From Eledone cirrhosa (taxonomy: Eukaryota): a stretch of DNA of 64,000 nt. Location: positions 83,328,001 through 83,392,000 of the forward strand of contig OZ024743.1 of assembly GCA_964016885.1 (NCBI GenBank), given 5' to 3'. Position numbers and translations under genes: made by a program. The notes under the pieces were generated by a model. That model had not been told where the DNA came from. It made no database searches and saw nothing but the letters and a program-made list of their open reading frames with translations. Shown one piece after another: positions 39,538 through 53,359 of this stretch; position 1 is the stretch's first letter; each line of letters begins with the position of its first letter.

Positions 39538-40146
39538 CTACAGTGACTTTCTGTTTGAATACTTGCTATCAGCTACAAGGTCTTTGGAATCAGGAAGCTG
39601 AGGTAAACCATTTGTAGTATTTGATATGCAGGGATAAGTCGAAGATGTAGCAATATTGTTGCCTTCCTCTAACTGTGAGTCAGAGATCATCTGATAGCTA
39701 TTGTCTGACAAACACGCGTTGGAATTTCCGTTCTGATATTGTTGTTGGTCAGTATTTTCATGGCGAACGTTCGACTCTATATCTTTACAATCAACAGTCC
39801 TAGGTTGAGTAGAAGTCTCTTTTGATTTTATACGGACACATTCCGACGTATCGTCTGTTCGGGATGTTAAGCAACACATTTCTCTATAAGATATTTTATT
39901 TGAACGAGAAAGCTGCTTGCTGAAAGGAGGTTTGCTTTTATACAGTTCACTTTTTACTTTCAGTGAACGCTTACGTTTTCTTGGAAAGATATTTTTTATG
40001 TAATTAAATATTTTACGAAAGAGATTTCCACGTAGTAGTATATAGAGCCAGGGATCAATTATCTGGTTAATGGAGGCTAAACGAACGGAAATAAGGTCCT
40101 TCTTTGACTGTGTTTTGTTCGTTAACTGGGACTCCAGGATGTGAAC
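39538..40146 (-). CDS. Prostanoid receptor (EP4-like GPCR), coding exon 3 (TM7 plus long C-tail)
   Basis: Acceptor ttttatgtttcag|GTT. Encodes DLISVRLASINQIIDPWLYILLR, with the conserved TM7 Arg and DPWxY of prostanoid receptors. Stop TAG at 39540-39538. Spliced CDS is 425+427+609=1461 nt, giving 486 aa. Confidence 0.93.
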   Translation of the reverse strand, partial: VHILESQLTNKTQSKKDLISVRLASINQIIDPWLYILLRGNLFRKIFNYIKNIFPRKRKRSLKVKSELYKSKPPFSKQLSRSNKISYREMCCLTSRTDDTSECVRIKSKETSTQPRTVDCKDIESNVRHENTDQQQYQNGNSNACLSDNSYQMISDSQLEEGNNIATSSTYPCISNTTNGLPQLPDSKDLVADSKYSNRKSL

Positions 40147-40867
40147 CTGAAACATAAAAGAGATTAATATGAAGTCATAGTCATTTGAAAGTTAATTGTT
40201 ATTTCGACGACGAGTACTCCAGTTGGTTCAATCAACGGAACCATTCCCTCGGAAAATGAGCGTGTAAGTGACTGAGCATTCCACAAACACATGCAAGGCT
40301 GACTCCATGAATTAATTACAGGTGTAAGTAATTTTCACCAACTGAGTGGACTGGAGCAACGTGAAATAAAGTGTCTTGCTCAAGGACACAATTCACCGCC
40401 AATTTCGAGAGTCGAACTCACGACCTTACGATCGTGAGCCGAACTCCTTAACCACCAAGCCAGTTTTGAGAGGTGACAGCCGAAGGGTTAATTGAAAGCT
40501 CACTTAATCAGATAAAAATTGGAGAGAGAGGGTTAAGTTTCAAAAATGTTATTTTCATATCTTGAATTACATTTCAAAAGGATCGCTGACGTAACTAAGA
40601 TACTATCTTGTTCAGGAAACACACGTTGAGAGGTTAGCTTCTAAATATATGTCCTTGGCGTAAGTTGTTGGATTACATATATGAAGGGTTCGTTGACAAC
40701 ACAACATTTCTCCAAACTATACCAACAGGATGACTCAAACTAAACTCTGAATGTTAAGGTAACACTCGCCAATTTGAGAGTGCTATCGCTACTGGTAGTG
40801 GTAAATTATTACTATCTACTCAGTAGTGTAAATGCAAAACAAAATATATATCACACTGAGCAGTGAC

Positions 40868-40943
<76 letters not shown>

Positions 40944-41211
40944 TATATATATATATATATATATATATATGATATGGACGAGGTGTTAAATTTTCATTAC
41001 ATTTATTGAGGTGTGACGCACGTTTCGCATTAGATCATCTCAAGGTTCGATCAGTATCGATCGGGCCCGACTCTGGAATCAAAAGCTCATATATGCATAC
41101 ACACACACACACACACACACATATATAGTTATAAATATACACACACATCTATGGACTACATGAATAGGTGTGTGTGTGTGTGTGAGAGAGAGAGTGAGTG
41201 AGTGAGTGAGT

Positions 41212-41257
<46 letters not shown>

Positions 41258-41288
41258 AAGAAGGAAAGAATGGAAAAAGAAAGAAGGA

Positions 41289-41356
<68 letters not shown>

Positions 41357-41377
41357 GAGGGAGTTGAGTTAACTTAC

Positions 41378-41804
41378 ATTGAGTGGCACCCAGCAAATAA
41401 GGAAAAATGCAGTGACACAGCATAGAAACCACACCATTTTGATTTCCATCTCTATTTTGAGTTTGGCCAAAACTGACGGAGCTGGAGTTGGCGGTAGAAT
41501 CCTTTTAATTGACGAAGACGGAGAAGTGTTCACTTTGCGCTGTCTGCGCATGTGCAGTAGTGTACTAACGACAATGACATTGAAAACTACCATGGCAGCG
41601 ATGAGAACGAGGTTGATGAAGCCGAACATTATGGCGTAGGCTGATAACTGGGAGTCCTTCTTTCGGTGGAACTTTAAAAAACACCAGGTACATGGGAATT
41701 GGATGGAATAATTACCGAAACCCAGGAAAGGCAGGCAGCAGAACAAGAGCACGAGCAGACAACAGAAGAAGACAGTCAGGCGGGCTTTCCGGATGGTGGC
41801 AATC
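41378..41804 (-). CDS. Prostanoid receptor (EP4-like GPCR), coding exon 2 (TM4-TM6)
   Basis: Acceptor cttcttcacag|G and donor AAT|gtaagt. Encodes LPFLGFGNYSIQFPCTWCFL (prostanoid ECL2 motif GxYxxQxPxTWCF) and EIKMVWFLCCVTAFFLICWVPLN. Phase matches exons 1 and 3. Confidence 0.93.
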
Positions 41805-41876
41805 CTGTGAAGAAGACGACGAGGAGGAGGAGAAAGAGAAAACAAACATTATTAGCATAATCATCATCACCACTAT

Positions 41877-41962
<86 letters not shown>

Positions 41963-42237
41963 ACAACATCTTTAACACCACCACCACCACCATCATTATC
42001 ATCATCATCATCATCGTCATCCTCACAGGTAACAATAACAAAAAATACCAAGCAGCACAGGAGATTCTAACTGGTTACTCGACTTGGTAGAACTAGCAGC
42101 TAAAACCCATGCAAACTACATCCGATAGCACTTCACACTTACATATGTTCCCGTGCTCTAACAGCAGTAACAATAAGAACAATAACCACACGCACACATC
42201 CACACACACAGCTAGAAGGTCATGAAAATTTGATTAC

Positions 42238-42662
42238 CTGTGATAATAATATGTAAACCTCAGAGAGAGCATTCTCTCCAAAGACAGTACACAGACTAGA
42301 AGCGGTGTCAGAAGACCAAAGAAAACCATGATGAACCCGTTAAACATACACAGGTAGCCACCCAACACGATTTTCTTGGAATAGACAAGAATTGGGATGG
42401 GGCTGGTCAGGGCTTGACCAATCAAATCGGACCAAGCTAATCCGGAAAGAAGCGGAAAATAGACCGTCTTTTGGATATCTTTTGACAAAGTGTAGAGGAC
42501 AAGTAAGGCAGCCAAGTTTCCAACCATTCCCGTTACCATCATTGACATTGGAACATACATATTTATGTTGGTCTCCTGCTTCTCACAGACTGACATATTC
42601 GTACAATTGATTGGAGTTCTAAATGGCATCATGGTCTCGTTTGAACATGTTAGGTCATCCAT
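42238..42662 (-). CDS. Prostanoid receptor (EP4-like GPCR), coding exon 1 (TM1-TM3)
   Basis: ATG at 42662 in context accaagATGG. A splice acceptor (ttttctcttacag) lies just upstream, so the exon starts at 42713 and a 5'UTR intron exists. Encodes GMVGNLAALLVL (TM1), LAWSDLIGQALTSPI (TM2), LCMFNGFIMVFFGL and SLERMLSLRFTYYYH. Donor AG|gtaatc at 42238/42237, phase 2. Confidence 0.92.
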
Positions 42663-43158
42663 CTTGGTACTGACTGGAGTATTATTATATGTCACAATGT
42701 ATGGAGCAGGTGTCTGTAAGAGAAAAAAATAAATATAGGAAAGAATAAATATAAGAGAAAAATATCGAATCTATAATCAATAAATGCTCCTAACTACATC
42801 TATCTTTTTTTGTTCACTGTAAAGACGGACACCACATCAACGAGTCAACAAGAACCCCTTAAACGGCCACTCTTCATACTAGAAATAACAATCAAATATC
42901 CATCAAAGCATACCTTAAAATCTTAAAAGTAGGAAGTGAATATTAGATTATCTAAACCTTGATTATTAGCTTATTTCTAGATTCATCTCAATATATTCCA
43001 TGCTCTTCACTGAATAATTAGGCTTTTACTGAATGATTTAACTTACTATAAAACCAGTCACACACAGACATATACACCAGGTCCGAATACAAAAGAACCA
43101 AACCCCCACTGTCACTGCCTCTGTCTCTCCCGCTCTCACCATCTCTCATGAGCAAATT

Positions 43159-43342
43159 GGAGGATTGGCAGTATCGGTAGAGAGTCGGACGCCATGCTTT
43201 CCAGCATAGTTACGTCCCTTTACAGTCTGAGTTCAAATCCGCCGAGGTTAACTTTGCCTTTCATCCTTACGGGGTCGATAAAATAAAGTACCAGTAATGT
43301 ACTGAGTAATTGCTGGCCTTGTGCCAAAAGTAGAAACAATTA
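43159..43342 (+). mobile_element. SINE with a 12-bp TSD, inserted at the end of a CRE fragment
   Basis: tcatgagcaaat at 43146-43157 and 43343-43354. Confidence 0.93.
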
Positions 43343-43976
43343 TCATGAGCAAATGGGGCCCCATGCGCAGGCCACCCCGCGGTCCCGGCTGATAGAATAG
43401 AGAAGGCGTTTCCTCGGAGAATGGTGAGGGAGATGCACTGGAAGAGCTACTCCAACTCTCGAGGCTCACTCCTGCGGGTAACCCAGCACTGCCCCGATAG
43501 TGGTGATGGTGGTGAGTAGGGAGGTGGCTCTAGGGCCAAGGACACCAGAAGTCTCCACTGCTAGGGGCTCGACTGCAACATAAGGAAGCATCATATCTCA
43601 CTTACACCAGATCCAAAGGCAACAGAAAACAAGATAAAAAAGTGGGTAGAGGAATTGAGGGGGACCTAAATAAGTAAATAAATAAATAAAACCAGGGAGT
43701 GTTCCAGAGAAAAAACATGTATATATGTATACATATTAACTTCAATATTTTCAAAGTGACAGTAAATAATGTTACAATCCACTATCTCGATAACGTTTAA
43801 GACACTTTGAAATAAATGTTTTCATTTCTAATCCTGATATCTACCATATGACTATGGCGTTTAAATCAAAGTGACAGTAAATAGTACTACAATCCATTAC
43901 CTAGATAACGCCCAAGACATTTGTATCAAATGTTTCTTTAACTTCTCAACAACGATACTTCCAGTTTTGAAATAAC

Positions 43977-44164
43977 TGTTTCAACTTTTGGCACAAGGCC
44001 AGCAATTATCCCAGTACATTACTGGTACTTTATTTTATCGACCTCGTAAGGATGAAAGTCAAAGTTAACCTCGACGGAATTTGAAATCAGACCGTAAAGG
44101 GGCGTAACTTTATGTTACAAAGCATGGCGTCCGACCCTCTAACGATACTGCCAATCCACCGCCC
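43977..44164 (-). mobile_element. SINE with TSD
   Basis: ttttgaaataac flanks both sides. Confidence 0.9.
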
Positions 44165-44688
44165 AATTTTGAAATAACGTTAGTTCATTGACTTCAATAA
44201 TTTTCAAAGTGACAGTAAATACCATTACCAAAATAACGTCCAAGACAGATAAATTATAGTTTTGTCTCAACACCATTCACAACTTTGTCTTCTCAAATGT
44301 TAGTTTTGATTTATCTTGTGATAGATTTGGAATATAATCTATATCTATCATTTCCCGTTGTATTCTCTCTTTTTGTTAATTCATTTGCTTTCCTATCTGA
44401 ATAAAAGACGAGATGGTCGCAGCTGGAATGACTTTATCTATAGTGGAGTTGTCTGCCCGTTGGTGCGAGCCACGTGAGGTGGAGTGGTTGTTCCAGTGTG
44501 TCTCCCTCACCGTCCTCCGAGGCAATGTATTCTCCATCCTGTCGGTCGGGACCCAGAGGCGGAGGGTAAGTTAATTGGAAGTGGAAGACACTCGATCGGA
44601 CGTCACATATATCCTCTCCTCGCCCCACTTTCACTCACTCGATCTCACTTGTCACACACGCAATGCGCAACCTCAACCTTATCTAGGG

Positions 44689-44875
44689 CAGGCATGTCAA
44701 ACAAGCGGCCTGCGGCCCGCACAAAGGTTTTTGCAGCGTGAGCATATTTTATCTGCGTAATATAAAATTTAAAAAAATTAGTTGTAATGTGCACAATTAG
44801 TTGTCCTGTGTGGCCCTCAGACAACACATATGTGGCCCATGTGGCCCTCGGGGCACCCTCAGTTTGACATGTCTG
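44689..44875. mobile_element. hAT (Charlie-like) MITE
   Basis: TIRs CAGGCATGTCAAAC and GTTTGACATGTCTG. Perfect 8-bp TSD ATCTAGGG at 44681-44688 and 44876-44883. Confidence 0.92.
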
Positions 44876-44993
44876 ATCTAGGGTATCTACTGTTGAAGCT
44901 AAATATCTAATTGCCATAGATCTGCTAGATCAGGACTGACTTTGGATAAACAATAATAACCTCAACAAACAAACAGATGACGATCTTCTACGC

Positions 44994-45331
44994 CAGAGGT
45001 TCTCAAACTTTTGGGGCCACTCCCTTCTCACGGCCACGTAATACCCTCAGCCCCCCCCCCTTATTTCCGGAGAGACCTTCCATGTAAATTGTAAATAATA
45101 TATAATAAATAAAATCCTTAATTTATACATAATAAATAATATAATATATACTATGTATAAATAAGTTTTATTTAGTTTTTATTTTACTATATTTATATAT
45201 ATGTATCAGTTGATATTTGATATACTATTATATCATCTCTACTCCACCCCACCACTCCCTTAGGCCCCAGTGTCTCCCTGGACTTTCTCAACGCCTCCCG
45301 AGGGCGGTAGCACCAACTTTGAGAAGCTCTA
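44994..45331. mobile_element. hAT (Charlie-like) MITE
   Basis: TIRs CAGAGGTTCTCAAA and TTTGAGAAGCTCTA. 8-bp TSD TTCTACGC/CTCTACGC (7 of 8 match). Confidence 0.8.
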
Positions 45332-45738
45332 CTCTACGCTAATATTAAACTTGCAAGAGATAACAGCCCCAAATTCCTTAAATACCACTCTACAATCTTA
45401 AGAAAGGAAAGGGCAGTTATATTTTTTTCCCGCCACGAATCTCCTGCTTCCATTGTGAACGACAGCTCCTTTTTCATTTTAACTCAGCATATACAACTGC
45501 AATTATTAATTGCTTAGTTTCCTCTTTAGTACCTTTGTCTCCATTTAACAACTGTCACATACTGATAAATATCCTCTGTGCCTTTTAACCCAACTACCCC
45601 ATTTACCCCGTACAATTCATTTGCACCCGCCCACATACAGCACTCTGCTGGAGTTTCACACAAAGAAATGTTTTTGTTATGTTTTATATATAATGTTTCT
45701 CTCTCTCTCTGTGTTTAAACGTTCTTTTAAATCATAAT

Positions 45739-45920
45739 TGTTTCTACTTTTGGCACAAGGCCAGCAATTACCCAGTCCATTACTGGTACTTTATTTTATC
45801 TACCCCGTAAGGATGAAAGGCAAAGTTTACCTTGGCGGGATTTGAACTCAGACCGTAAAGGGATGTAACTCTGCTGGAAAGCATGGCGTCCGACCTTCTA
45901 CTGATACTGCCAATCCCCCG
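45739..45920 (-). mobile_element. SINE with a 15-bp TSD
   Basis: cttttaaatcataat at 45724-45738 and 45921-45935. Confidence 0.92.
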
Positions 45921-46264
45921 CTTTTAAATCATAATAATGTATATTTAGCTGAATACAAAACAAATGTGTTTTAAAAATCGTTCTCCTTCAGTTAAGTTCT
46001 CTCTGGGGGCTAGAACCCTTAAGCTAAATCTATTTCTAGAAGTAATCTAGATGGCTCTGAATCAACTGTTTCCTCCTAAAGTCTACATTACTGTTGGGTC
46101 TATTAGTACTGAAAGTTCACACGGTCCATCAAGGTAGTTTGCATCACCTGACTGGAAGACAGGTAAATGTGCGTTTGTTAGGGATCTCTCGTTGTTCGAC
46201 AATTAGTATTACTAAGTTTTTTTTAAATCTTGAGCTGAGTATTGGTTCGAAACACACACAATAT

Positions 46265-46301
<37 letters not shown>

Positions 46302-46431
46302 GCACACACACACACAACACATACGCACACACACGCATACATGCACACACATGCACATGCACATGCACACACGCGTACATGCACACACACACACATACGC
46401 GCACACACACACATATACACACACACACAAA

Positions 46432-47197
46432 GGGTGGTGGATTGGCAGAATTGGTAGAGCGTCAGAGAAAATACCATTGTAGCATTTTTTCTGCCTCTTT
46501 AAGTTTGCCTATCATCCTTCCAGGGTCGACATAATCGACTTTCCCCTCTTCACAAATTGCTGGCCACGTGCCTAAGTTAACAATCATTATTGGACCTATA
46601 TAAGGGCGGTGGTTTGGCAGTATCGGTAGAGGGTCGGACGCTATGCTTCACAGCAGAGAGTTACGGCCCTTTATGATCTGAGTTCAAATCCCGCCGAGGT
46701 TAACTTTGCCTTTCATCCTTACGGGGTCGATAAAATAAAGTACCAGTAATGCACTGGGGTAATTGCTGGCCTTGTGCCAAAAGTAGAAATAATTATTGGA
46801 CCTATATATAGAACTGCTAGGTCATTAGTTAGTCTTACAGCATAGATTTACGGCCCTTTACGGTCTGGATTCAAATCCCGCCGAGGTTAACTTTGCCTTT
46901 CATCCTTACGGGGTCGATAAAATAAAGTACCAGTAATGTACTGGGTTGATTTAATCGACTCCCCCCTCCCCCAAAATTGCTGGCTTTGTGTCTAAATAAG
47001 AAACCATTATATTGATTGGCAGTATCGGTAGAGGGTCGGACGCCAAGCTTTGCAGCATAGAGTTACGGCCCTTTATGATCTGAGTTCAAATCCCGCCGAG
47101 GTTAACTTTGCCTTTCATCATTACGGGGTCGATAAAATAAAGCACCAGTAATACACTGGGGTAATTGCTGGCCTTGTGCCAAAGTAGAAACAATTAT
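46432..47197 (+). mobile_element. Cluster of four head-to-tail SINEs (46432, 46604, ~46840, 47014); another copy at 48004-48215
   Basis: Match the family consensus. The 46604 copy has TSD attattggacctatata. Confidence 0.9.
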
Positions 47198-48220
47198 ATT
47201 AGTGACTCTGTACACTTATATTTGAAATACACTTTATTTCAAATAATTAATTTAAATACAGGGTGAGCATAAAGTATTTCCCTGATTATAAAATACGATA
47301 TCTCGAATATTATTTGAGATTTTACTTTTTCATTGTTTTAATTTATAAAGTTCAAGTTTAAAGTTTTTCTAGACATGTTTTACATTTTCTCTTCTTCAGG
47401 AAGTTGTAATTTTCAGTAACAAAATGGCAGCTATAAAACAAAAAGCCCAGTGTGGAAATATTTACTAAAATTATAAATACGATTGAAATTTTTATTTGGT
47501 TAAACATACAGAAAAAGAGAGCAGTATAGGAAAGGACTATAAATGCCATAAATGAGTGGAAAAGGAGGAAAAGAACAGGGACTATGGAACAAAGGAAGAA
47601 AGAAAGATGGAAGGGGAGAGGGTGTCAGATTCTACATCTAGGTCAGAGTGGTGTTTCGGCTGTGCCGCAGGACGGGTAAGGGGATGAATGAGCTCTGGAC
47701 CTAGGGCGCAGCGGTTGAGGGGCTGCGCCCCGCGGACAAGGCAGCAAAAACATCCCCGCGGACAATGGCCAGCGACACCCGCTGCAACAGTCACCCCACC
47801 TCGCGGAGTTCCTTCCTCAGACGGGCCGCCGACGTTCCGATCTTGTGGAGGAGGTCGCTGAGAGAGTAACTTAAGATATGATTCTCATATAAAACTATAT
47901 TGGACAATTGTAATTTACATAGGAAAACTTTAAAATGGAGGAGTGTTTTTTCATACAAAAAAAAAAGAATAATATTTCATAACAGTAAGATATGTCATTA
48001 TCTGTGGATTGGCAGTATCGGTAGAGGGTCGGACGCCATGATTGGCAACATATAGTTACGTCCCTTTACGTTTTAAGTACAAATCTCGCTATGGTTAGCA
48101 TTACCTTTCATTCTTAGAGGGTAGATAAAATAAAGTACCAGTAAAGTACTGGGGTCGATTTAATCGACTTTTCCCTCCCTTAAAATAGTTGGCTTTGTGC
48201 CTAAATCAGAAACAACTCTT

Positions 48221-51200
48221 TAACCTAGGATAACACTATAGTATAGTTAGATGTAATAGTTAACCTAGGATAACACTATAGTATAGTTAGATGTAATAGT
48301 TAACCTAGGATAACACAATAGTATAGTTAGATGTAATAGTTAACCTAGAACAACACTATATTACAGTTAGATATAATAGTTAACCTAGAACAACACTATA
48401 TTACAGTTAGATGTAATAGTTAACCTAGGATAACACTATATTACAGTTAAATATAATAGTTAACCTAGAACAACACTATATTACAGTTAGATGTAATAGT
48501 TAACCTAGGATAACACTATAGTATAGTTAGATGTAATAGTTAACCTAGGATGACACTATATTACAGTTAGATATGATAGTTAACCTAGGACAACACTATA
48601 GTATAGTTAGATATAATAGTTTACCTAGGATAACACTATAGTACAGTTAGATGTAATAGTTAACCTAAGACAACACTATAGTACAGTTAAATGTAATAGT
48701 TAACCTAGGATAATACTATATTACAGTTAGATGTAATAGTTAGTTAACCTAGGACAACACTATAGTACGGTTAGATGTAATAGTTAACCTAGGATAATAC
48801 TATATTACAGTTAGGTGTAATAGTTAACCTAGGATAACACTATAGTACAGTTATGTGTAATAGTTAGTTAACCTAGGATAACACTATGGTACAGTTAGAT
48901 ATAATAGTTAACCTAGGATAACACTATATTACAGTTAGACGTAATAGTTAGTTAACCTAGGATAACACTATAGTACAGTTAGATGTAATAGTTAATTAAC
49001 CTAGGATAATACTATATTACAGTTAGATGTAATAGTTAACCTAGGACAACACTATATTACAGTTAGGTGTAATAGTTAACCTAGGATAACACTATGGTAC
49101 AGTTAGATATAATAGTTAACCTAGGATAACACTATATTACAGTTAGACGTAATAGTTAGTTAACCTAGGATAACACTATAGTACAGTTAGACGTAATAGT
49201 TAGTTAACCCAGGATAACACTATAGTACGGTTAGATGTAATAGTTAACCTAGGACAACACTATATTAGAGTTAAGTGTAATAGTTAACCTAGGATAACAC
49301 TATAATACAGTTAGGTGTAATAGTTAACCTAGGATAAAACTCTAGTACAATTAGGTGTAATGTTAGTTAACCTAGGATAACACTATATTACAGTTAGGTG
49401 TAATAGTTAACCTAGGATAACACTATAATACAGTTAGATGTAATGTTAGTTAACCTAGGATAACACTATAGTACAGTTAGATGTAATAGTTAATTAACCT
49501 AGGATAATACTATATTACAGTTAGGCGTAATAGTTAACCTAGGACAACACTATAGTACAGTTAGATGTAATGTTAGTTAACCTAGAATAACACTATATTA
49601 CAGTTAGATGTAATAGTTAACTTAGGACAACACTATATTACAGTTAGATGTAATAGTTAGTTAACCCAGGATAACACTATAGTACGGTTAGATGTAATAG
49701 TTAACCTAGGACAACACTATATTACAGTTAGGTGTAATAGTTAACCTAGGATAACACTATAATACAGTTAGGTGTAATAGTTAGTTAACCTAGGACAACA
49801 CTATATTACAGTTAGATGTAATAGTTAGTTAACCCAGGATAACACTATAGTACGGTTAGATGTAATAGTTAACCTAGGACAACACTATATTACAGTTAGG
49901 CGTAATAGTTAACCTAGGATAACACTATAATACAGTTAGGTGTAATAGTTAGTTAACTTAGGACAACACTATATTACAGTTAGATGTAATAGTTAGTTAA
50001 CCCAGGATAACACTATAGTACGGTTAGATGTAATAGTTAACCTAGGACAACACTATATTAGAGTTAAGTGTAATAGTTAACCTAGGATAACACTATAATA
50101 CAGTTAGGTGTAATAGTTAACCTAGGATAAAACTCTAGTACAATTAGGTGTAATGTTAGTTAACCTAGGATAACACTATTTTACAGTTAGATGTAATAAT
50201 TAACCTAGGACAACACTATATTACAGTTACTGCTAGTTAACCTAGGATAACACTATAGTACAGTTAGGTGTCATAGTTAGTTAACCTAGGATAACACTAT
50301 AGTACAGTTAGCTGTAATAGTTAATTAACCTAGGATAACACTATATTACAGTTAGATATAATGCTAGTTAACCTAGGAAAACACTATAGTACAGTTAGGT
50401 GTAATGTTAGTTAACCTAGGATAACACTATTTTACAGTTAGGTGTAATAGTTAACCTAGGATAACACTATTTTACAGTTAGGTGTAATGTTAGTTAACCT
50501 AGGATAACACTATTTTACAGTTAGGTGTAATGTTAGTTAACCTAGGATAACACTATTTTACAGTTAGGTGTAATAGTTAACCTAGGATAACACTATTTTA
50601 CAGTTAGGTGTAATGTTAGTTAACCTAGGATAACACTATTTTACAGTTAGGTGTAATGTTAGTTAACCTAGGATAACACTATTTTACAGTTAGGTGTAAT
50701 AGTTAACCTAGGATAACACTATTTTACAGTTAGATATAATTGTTTCTACTTTTGGCACAAGGCCAGCAATTTTTTCAGTGTATTACTGGTACTTTATTTT
50801 ATCGACCCCGTAAGGATGAAAGGCAAAGTTAACCTCGGCGGAGTTAGATCTAATGTTAGTTAACCTAGGATAACACAATAGTACAGTTAGGTGTAATGTT
50901 AGTTAACCTAGGATAACACTATAGTACAGTTAGATGTAATAGTTAGCCTAGGACAACACTATATTACAGTTAGATGTAATAGTTAACCTAGGACAACACT
51001 ATATTACAGTTAGGTGTAATGTTAGTTAACCTAGGATAACACTATAGTACAGTTATGTGTAATAGTTAGTTAACCTAGGATAACACTATATTACAGTTAG
51101 ATGTAATAATTAACCTAGGACAACACCATATTACAGTTAGATGTAATAGTTAACCTAGGACAACACTATATTACAGTTAGGTATAATGTTAGTTAACCTA

Positions 51201-51641
51201 GGATAACACTATAGTACAGTTAGGTGTAATGTTAGTTAACCTAGGATAACACTATAGTACAGTTAGGTGTAATGTTAGTTAACCTAGGATAACACTATAG
51301 TACAGTTAGGTGTAATGTTAGTTAACCTAGGATAACACTATAGTACAGTTAGGTGTAATGTTAGTTAACCTTGGATAACACCATAGTACAGTTAGGTGTA
51401 ATGTTAGTTAACCTAGGATAACACTATAGTACAGTTAGGTGTAATGTTAGTTAACCTAGGATAACACTATAGTACAGTTAGGTGTAATGTTAGTTAACCT
51501 AGGATAACACTATAGTACAGTTAGGTGTAATGTTAGTTAACCTAGGATAACACTATAGTACAGTTAGGTGTAATGTTAGTTAACCTAGGATAACACCATA
51601 GTACAGTTAGGTGTAATGTTAGTTAACCTAGGATAACACTA
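48221..51641. repeat. 40/44-bp minisatellite (~80 units), interrupted by a truncated SINE at 50737-50842 (-)
   Basis: Unit TAACCTAGGATAACACTATAGTACAGTTAGATGTAATAGT, with or without an extra TAGT. Confidence 0.96.
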
Positions 51642-51804
51642 GTAAACGTTTTCTCTTGAGCACCATCATAAATAAACATATTATTACAAGACATGTTTCC
51701 TGGTTGTTTAAAACATTATCTCACATAATTATTAAATCATATTTATTCTTTTTCTGAATCAACACATTAATTATTCAAAGATTACAACTCCCTACCATAC
51801 TGTA

Positions 51805-52200
51805 CCATCACCACCACCACCACCACCACCACCAAAACCACCACCACCACCTCCACCACCACCACCACCACCACCACGACCACCAACACCTCAATCACCA
51901 ATACCACGGCGACGACGACCCCCACCACCACCACAACAACCACCCTCACCACCACAACAACAACCACCTCCACCCCTACAACAAAAACCAGCACTACCCC
52001 CCCCCCATAACAATAACCATTACCACAACAACAACCACCATCACCACCATCACCACAATTCACCACCACCACAACAACCACCATCACCACCACCACAGTC
52101 ACCACCACCACAACAACCACCATCACCACCACCACAATAACCACCACCACAATAACCACCACCACCATCACCAACACTCTGACAACGACCACCACAACAT
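51805..52200. repeat. (CAC/ACC)n low-complexity tract
   Basis: Directly visible. Confidence 0.9.
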
Positions 52201-52401
52201 GAACAACACTAATCAGTTAATTTAACTAGTACATTTGATACCCTGACATGCTGCCATCACTAAATCCATTGTTTAGTTTTCTATTATCTTTGTTCTACAA
52301 TTGATTCGTTTGAGTGGGTGAGAAAAGTAGAGTGAGAGAGGGCGGTGGTGTGGGGGGGGGGGGGGGGAGAAAAGTGAGAGAGAGAGAGTCTGAGTCCGTG
52401 C

Positions 52402-52439
<38 letters not shown>

Positions 52440-52531
52440 TTTGAGTATATGTTGGTTGTTTACCGACACCTCAATATGCAGATTGAAACACTCGACGAAG
52501 TACGCTGGTCAGTTTGTTTACTCCGGAGTAA

Positions 52532-52930
52532 TCTATATATATAAAAGTAAGTCGGTCTGGGTGTGTGTCTGTCTGTCTGTCTGTGTACAAATACTAAGCT
52601 CCTTTTAACTTTTGAAGTACTAGGCAGATTTTAACCAAATTTGGCTGACATGTTGCTTATATGCCAGAGCAGGTTTTGGACAAAAACAAATATTGGGGCC
52701 GAAAAATCGATTTTGTGTGTGTATCTGTCTGTGTACAAATACTAGGCTCCTTTTAACTTTTGAAGTACCCATGCCGATTTGGCACGTGCTATTGAGGCGA
52801 CCTCTCATTGGCTAGCCAATTAGATGACATAAGCTGACATGCACTCAGAAATTGCTAGCTAAGCCATAAACGACCTAGAACAATTCAGGCTGTCATTCAT
52901 TTCCCGAGCAACGCCGGGTACATCTGCTAG
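52532..52930 (+). mobile_element. Non-autonomous Helitron
   Basis: Starts A|TCTATATATATAAA, contains (GTCT)n, has subterminal hairpin CCCGAGCAACGCCGGG, and ends CTAG|T. No TSD. Confidence 0.85.
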
Positions 52931-52934
52931 TGTT

Positions 52935-53338
<404 letters not shown>

Positions 53339-53359
53339 AGTATATATAAGTATATATAT

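Noticed and set aside
40990-41075. Hammerhead on the minus strand (GAAACgtgcGTC followed by AATAAA)
   Set aside because: Only the 3' half is recognisable, with no properly placed CUGANGA or stem I. Similar half motifs lie at ~31640 and ~34545.
42663-42695. N-terminal extension MTYNNTPVSTK of the GPCR in the ORF track
   Set aside because: It starts at GTG. The first ATG in good context is at 42662, although an in-frame upstream exon cannot be excluded.
47257-47400. Tc1/mariner-like end (TA|CAGGGTG)
   Set aside because: No matching second TIR was found.
48221-51641. CRISPR-like regular array
   Set aside because: The units are contiguous with no unique spacers, there are no cas genes, and the context is eukaryotic.
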